Shown piece by piece: positions 59,701 through 64,000 of a stretch of 64,000 nt of DNA. Origin of the DNA: Nemertoderma westbladi (lineage: Eukaryota > Animalia > Xenacoelomorpha); contig JAUCBJ010000013.1 of NCBI GenBank assembly GCA_032718475.1, positions 20,428-84,427 of the forward strand, read 5' to 3'. How positions within the stretch are numbered: the first letter of the stretch is position 1; the number at the start of each line of letters is the position of its first letter. The position numbers and the translations under genes were made by a program. The notes below the pieces were generated by a model. The model did no database searches, was not told the origin of the DNA, and worked only from the letters and a program-made list of their open reading frames with translations.

Positions 59701-61661
59701 ACTATTGCTATCTCAGTTAAATGACAGATATAATAACATAAATACAATCCATGGCATGGCTGTTGTAGGCTTCTGAAATAGTTTATTCCACAATGTATAT
59801 GTCTGGTTATTTTTTAATTGAATTTTTGCAAAGTAGTAAAATTAATGTTCTTAAAAATAATATTATTATTTTATATGTAACCTAGGAAATTAGCTACATT
59901 TTTTCGCTGCAGCTTTAAGAGTGTACATTGATTTAATATTATTTCAATACCCATATTACTACATCGGCATAAGATGCGTTGGCGTTGTATCACACATCTC
60001 CACATATCACACATCTCCACATAGATGTATCAACAGTTACTCGCACAGTTTCGAAACTTCGCATAGTTATAACTGTATAAAGATCGTCAGTCTGCGTTTA
60101 GGAAAAATATTTTATGACAAAACAGGACAAGCGACGAGCGCAACGAGGCATATAATGAAGACGAGTACTGCGTTGACTAAATTATTATATAAACCACCTG
60201 GCTTCACATATTGATCGCATCCCTAGTTATTATTATTATAAAGATCGTCCTAGCCTGCGTTTAAGAAATATATTTAAATACAAAACAGGACGAACGCAAA
60301 GAGGCTTATAATGAAAACGAGTACTGCGTTTATTATATTCCTATAAACCACCTGGCTTTGCATATTTAACGTGCGATTGGAAATAAGTTCGTGCTACCCT
60401 TCCGTGGGTGGTAGATGTCACGGTTATGTATTGGTGGTTGGGAAGGGTGGGGGGGGGGGGGGGGGGGGGAGATTAAAAGGGGTGAACACGTACTGTCCAC
60501 CTTTCTTTGATTGATTGGTGGTGTGGGTAAATTTCTCAAAACCTGATTTTGTGATACAGTCGCTGCATTTTAATTTGTATATAATAACTAGGCCTCGTGC
60601 TGCGCGAAGTCCCCACGAACGTGTTCAGGTTATCCTGTCAATAAGGGGGGGGGGGGGGGGGGGGTCAATCCCCCACTTCCTGGCCCTGCCTACGCCACTA
60701 CGGACAGATGAATTTCGTGTCTATCTGTAGAGATCTTCAATAGTATCTGTATGTTGTTGTTGGCGGTGTCATGGAAACCTTTCGTATTCTTCCTTTTGTA
60801 TGGCTGATCCCATGGTTACTGTCAGCTGACTTATGTTTTCTGCAATATAGTTGGTAACAGTGCTGATCTGCGTGTGTACCGGTACCTTCTTGTACGAGTA
60901 AGAGGTATTATGCCAGCGGAATTTAGTTTCATAACAAGCCCTAGGTTTTTGCTCTACATTAGGCAATGCCTCATTGTAGGCCTATAATCAGATCAGATTT
61001 GTATTCTACAGGCTGACAGGTGCAGATTTTTTTTTATTTATTTATTATATAGCCTAGTCTCGGTCTCAGTCTCCAGTCTGTGACTCAATTAAATTACAAC
61101 AATAGTTTAATAGTACCGTACACGTAGGCCTACGTAGGAGAACTGAATAAAGCAGGGTTTTCGCTGAGTATAAATACATCTCAATATTTGCTATAACAAT
61201 ATTTTGATTTCCCGAATATATGGGATTCTATACTACCTCTATGTGATCGAGGAATAGTTTCCCTTCCAACAAGATAAGTTGATAACCGTACAATGTCTGC
61301 CGGTGCGTACACGCGAAAGTCAAGTGAGACAAGGTAAGATTTACAATATTTATATCAGCATAGACTTTACGATAGGTACGCCAGGCCCAGGAGCAGGCTT
61401 CCACAAAATTTGAAACCTTCCGGAAACCACAATTTTTAATAGAAAAACTTACAAACTTAAAAACAATTTTTTTAATGGTCACTTACATTTTTTTTACATA
61501 TTAATTAAATAATCAATCAATTTCTATACAGCTAATAATATTAAACCATTTCAATTCGCCTTATCCCGCTCTAACAAATCTGAACTGCGATGGCATTTGA
61601 ATGCTAGTTTATCGAATCAACTTTTTTGTGTATAACATTAGGGTTTTCTTTATCCATAAGG

Positions 61662-62168
61662 ATGAAACTGGCCCCTGTGGACATGAGGGACAGTCTGGAC
61701 ACCTATAGGTCTAGCATCACTGTCGTTTCCGACAATTACGACTACAAATACGTCAGCGAAAACTCAGACGCGGAAATCGATACCGCCAGGGCAGACCTTG
61801 ACGACGGTCGCTATGAGGACATTGACCATCTGTCGGATGAAGCCTTTAATTCCAGAGGGGCTTCGCGTCATAATGATAGCGATGGTAGCAATAAAGAATC
61901 GTTTGAAGTGAATGAAACTATTAAAGATAAAGATAAAGTTAATGATAATATTATGGACAACAATATTCACAGTGAAACATCGCAGGAAATTGATGCTAAA
62001 AAATACGATTTTGATGAGGATAACATTGTGGAGGAAGTTGTTGATAATATTAATGTTGTCGATTCACTTGAGTTGGCTTCTGATGTTGACTATGACAGCG
62101 ATTCTTCAATAGAATTCGCCCACAAAGTCTATCCTAAAAGTCCTCTTGTCAGTCGTGGAGCTTCAGAG
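61662..62168 (+). CDS. Unidentified gene, acidic coding exon
   Basis: Asp/Glu-rich frame after an acceptor-like cataag|, ending GAG|gtaata (phase 0). The true start may be further upstream. Confidence 0.65.
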
Positions 62169-62639
62169 GTAATATCGGAGTAACATGTAGTTAGTTACCC
62201 TTTGTTTATCCGCAGCAAAAACTACGAGTTTCGTGAGTGCATGTTAAGCTCTCAAAAATGGTTAAAAATATATTTAATTTGCCGTACTTAACACCCACAC
62301 ACACTTATATATATAACTGAATGAACCTATGACACTCAAAACCAGTTATTTTCGTAACATTTCTTATTGAATAACTTATTATTTTATTGGAAATATCGAA
62401 TCATTTTTTTAAATTTTGTAAAATTTAATTATTATTTTGATTATTTAAAAAATGAGCGTTAGAAACATTTGTTAACATTAAAACTAGTGAGTTAAATTTT
62501 TTCTCTCTTGGCACCTATAGTAAATAGAATTCCATGAGATTCATATTTATTGTCTTTTGAGGAATACTTTAGAAACAAATTCATCATATTAATGATAATA
62601 ATTACAACTCATAGCAACCAACAACATTATACCTTGCAG

Positions 62640-63284
62640 ATCTTCGGTGACGATATTGACGATGAACTAGAGAGTTTAGAGAAACAGCGTGAGAAATTAC
62701 GGAGGAAAATTCTGCGCGATTCCAATTTGAAGCGAGAAAAAACGTTGGAGGATAAACGGAAGATGGAGGAAGCGGCGATGGAAGAGCGGCGAAAGAGGAG
62801 AGTTTACGAGGAGGTTGTAGGGAGGGAGGAACGGAGGAGGCAGGGAAGAGGAGTGAAGTTTAATAGATCGCCGGAAGTGATCGAACGTTCGTCGCCAACG
62901 GAAGTGGAACTCTCACCGGAAATGACGTCAGCCAGGAATATAATTTCTCAGGAAGTGACGTCATACCTGAACCGATTTTCACCGGTTGTGACGTCACTTG
63001 CTAATCCTCTTTCTCCGGATGTGATGTCACGCGCTACTCCCCCTTCACCGGAAGTGACGTCATACTTTGAGGATTCTTCCGGTTCTCCTGAGTCTGAGGA
63101 ACGGGGGCAGGGGAGGATTCATTTCCATGGTGACGTGACCCACACGCACGCAGACTTGTCGCCCCACCCCTATTTCCGCCCCCCTCACACCGGAGCCCCC
63201 ACAACCGCCCCCTGGTCCGCCCCCCGAGGTGTCTGTGAACTTGGTGTCTCGACCGCCCCCCCAACCCGGCCCCGAGCCTGTTGA
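62640..63284 (+). CDS. Unidentified gene, next exon: coiled coil, SPEVTS repeats and Pro-rich region
   Basis: ttgcag|ATC (phase 0, matches the previous donor). A shift at the C-run near 63180 would continue into PLTPEPPQPPPGPPPEVS...VDYVAANR up to about 63390-63417. Confidence 0.65.
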   Translation: MFGDDIDDELESLEKQREKLRRKILRDSNLKREKTLEDKRKMEEAAMEERRKRRVYEEVVGREERRRQGRGVKFNRSPEVIERSSPTEVELSPEMTSARNIISQEVTSYLNRFSPVVTSLANPLSPDVMSRATPPSPEVTSYFEDSSGSPESEERGQGRIHFHGDVTHTHADLSPHPYFRPPHTGAPTTAPWSAPRGVCELGVSTAPPTRPRAC

Positions 63285-63877
63285 CTACGTAGCAGCCAAT
63301 AGGAGGCGGCCGCAACCCCCAAAGGCGACCTACGGAGGAATCTATACGAAGAGACAAGAGTTAGGCAATAGGAGCACACGAGATAGGTATCGTTTATATA
63401 GTAGGTTATATGAGTAAAATATATGTTGTATAATAACAAAGCAACTTTTGACCTAAAAGTGAAAACCCAGGTATTCTTCCTTCACATGGGCAAAGATAGG
63501 TTCTATATGATATTGGGTGGATTAAATTTAATACAAATTATTTTTAGAATTACACGCTGAATTTAACCACACCCACATCGCCCCACTATTAAATTCATCG
63601 CTCATTCAATAAATCATTTTCCTCAAACGAACAAATGGAATATATCAGAGTACCGATATAACATTCGCAACCCGGTGTAACAGGATGAGATAACTCCTCG
63701 CCAAATATGACTCCCCAGTTTTCTCCCTAGATTTCTTAATTAACGGAAAGGAGCAGGTTACAGTGGCGGGCTTTTCTAACCAAAACAATAAACGATATCT
63801 CAATAACATAGGTTACTGATTTATTTTTGCAATATACGAAAATATCACAGGTACGGATATGAATTATAACTCAAATA

Positions 63878-64000
63878 GGGGAGTCATCTCAGCCTAAGGG
63901 AAGTCATATCACCCTAAGGGGAGTGTTCTCAGCCTAAGGGAAGACATCTCAGCCTAAGGGGAGTCATCTCAGCCTAAGGGAAGACATCTCAGCCTAAGGG
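63878..64000. repeat. 20-bp tandem repeat (ga[g/a]tcatctcagcctaaggg-like), running off the window end
   Basis: Six visible units. Confidence 0.9.

Noticed and set aside
60075-60365. Tandem duplication of about 165 bp
   Set aside because: Ordinary local duplication with no ORF or terminal structure.

Overview
AT-rich, repeat-dense animal (probably invertebrate) genomic DNA. About 53 kb of the window (1375-54073, +) is the 3' part of a semaphorin-5-like gene. Nine spliced exons were reconstructed by hand: thrombospondin type-1 (TSP1) repeats, a transmembrane segment and a cytoplasmic tail. Its introns hold: (i) an antisense nested two-exon peripherin/ROM1-like tetraspanin gene with an unusual Gly-rich and SPKK/SPKR histone-like basic tail; (ii) self-nested Helitron-type non-autonomous elements; (iii) several MITEs, LINE fragments and tRNA-derived SINE heads; (iv) a non-coding LTR element that splits a CRE-type LINE; and (v) an 11.7-kb, apparently recent BEL/Pao-derived LTR element (36117-47827). 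That element is the most unusual feature. It keeps Gag and protease but has no RT, RNase H or integrase core. It carries about 21 tandem stem-loop repeats followed by an intact 844-aa ORF with a DEDD(y)-like 3'-5' exonuclease domain and three CCHC zinc knuckles. Both LTR elements lack a tRNA-type PBS and instead have a 10-11 nt segment complementary to their own LTR, which suggests self-priming. Two exons of an unidentified acidic/Pro-rich gene lie at the 3' end. All family calls are motif recognition by eye; no database search was run.
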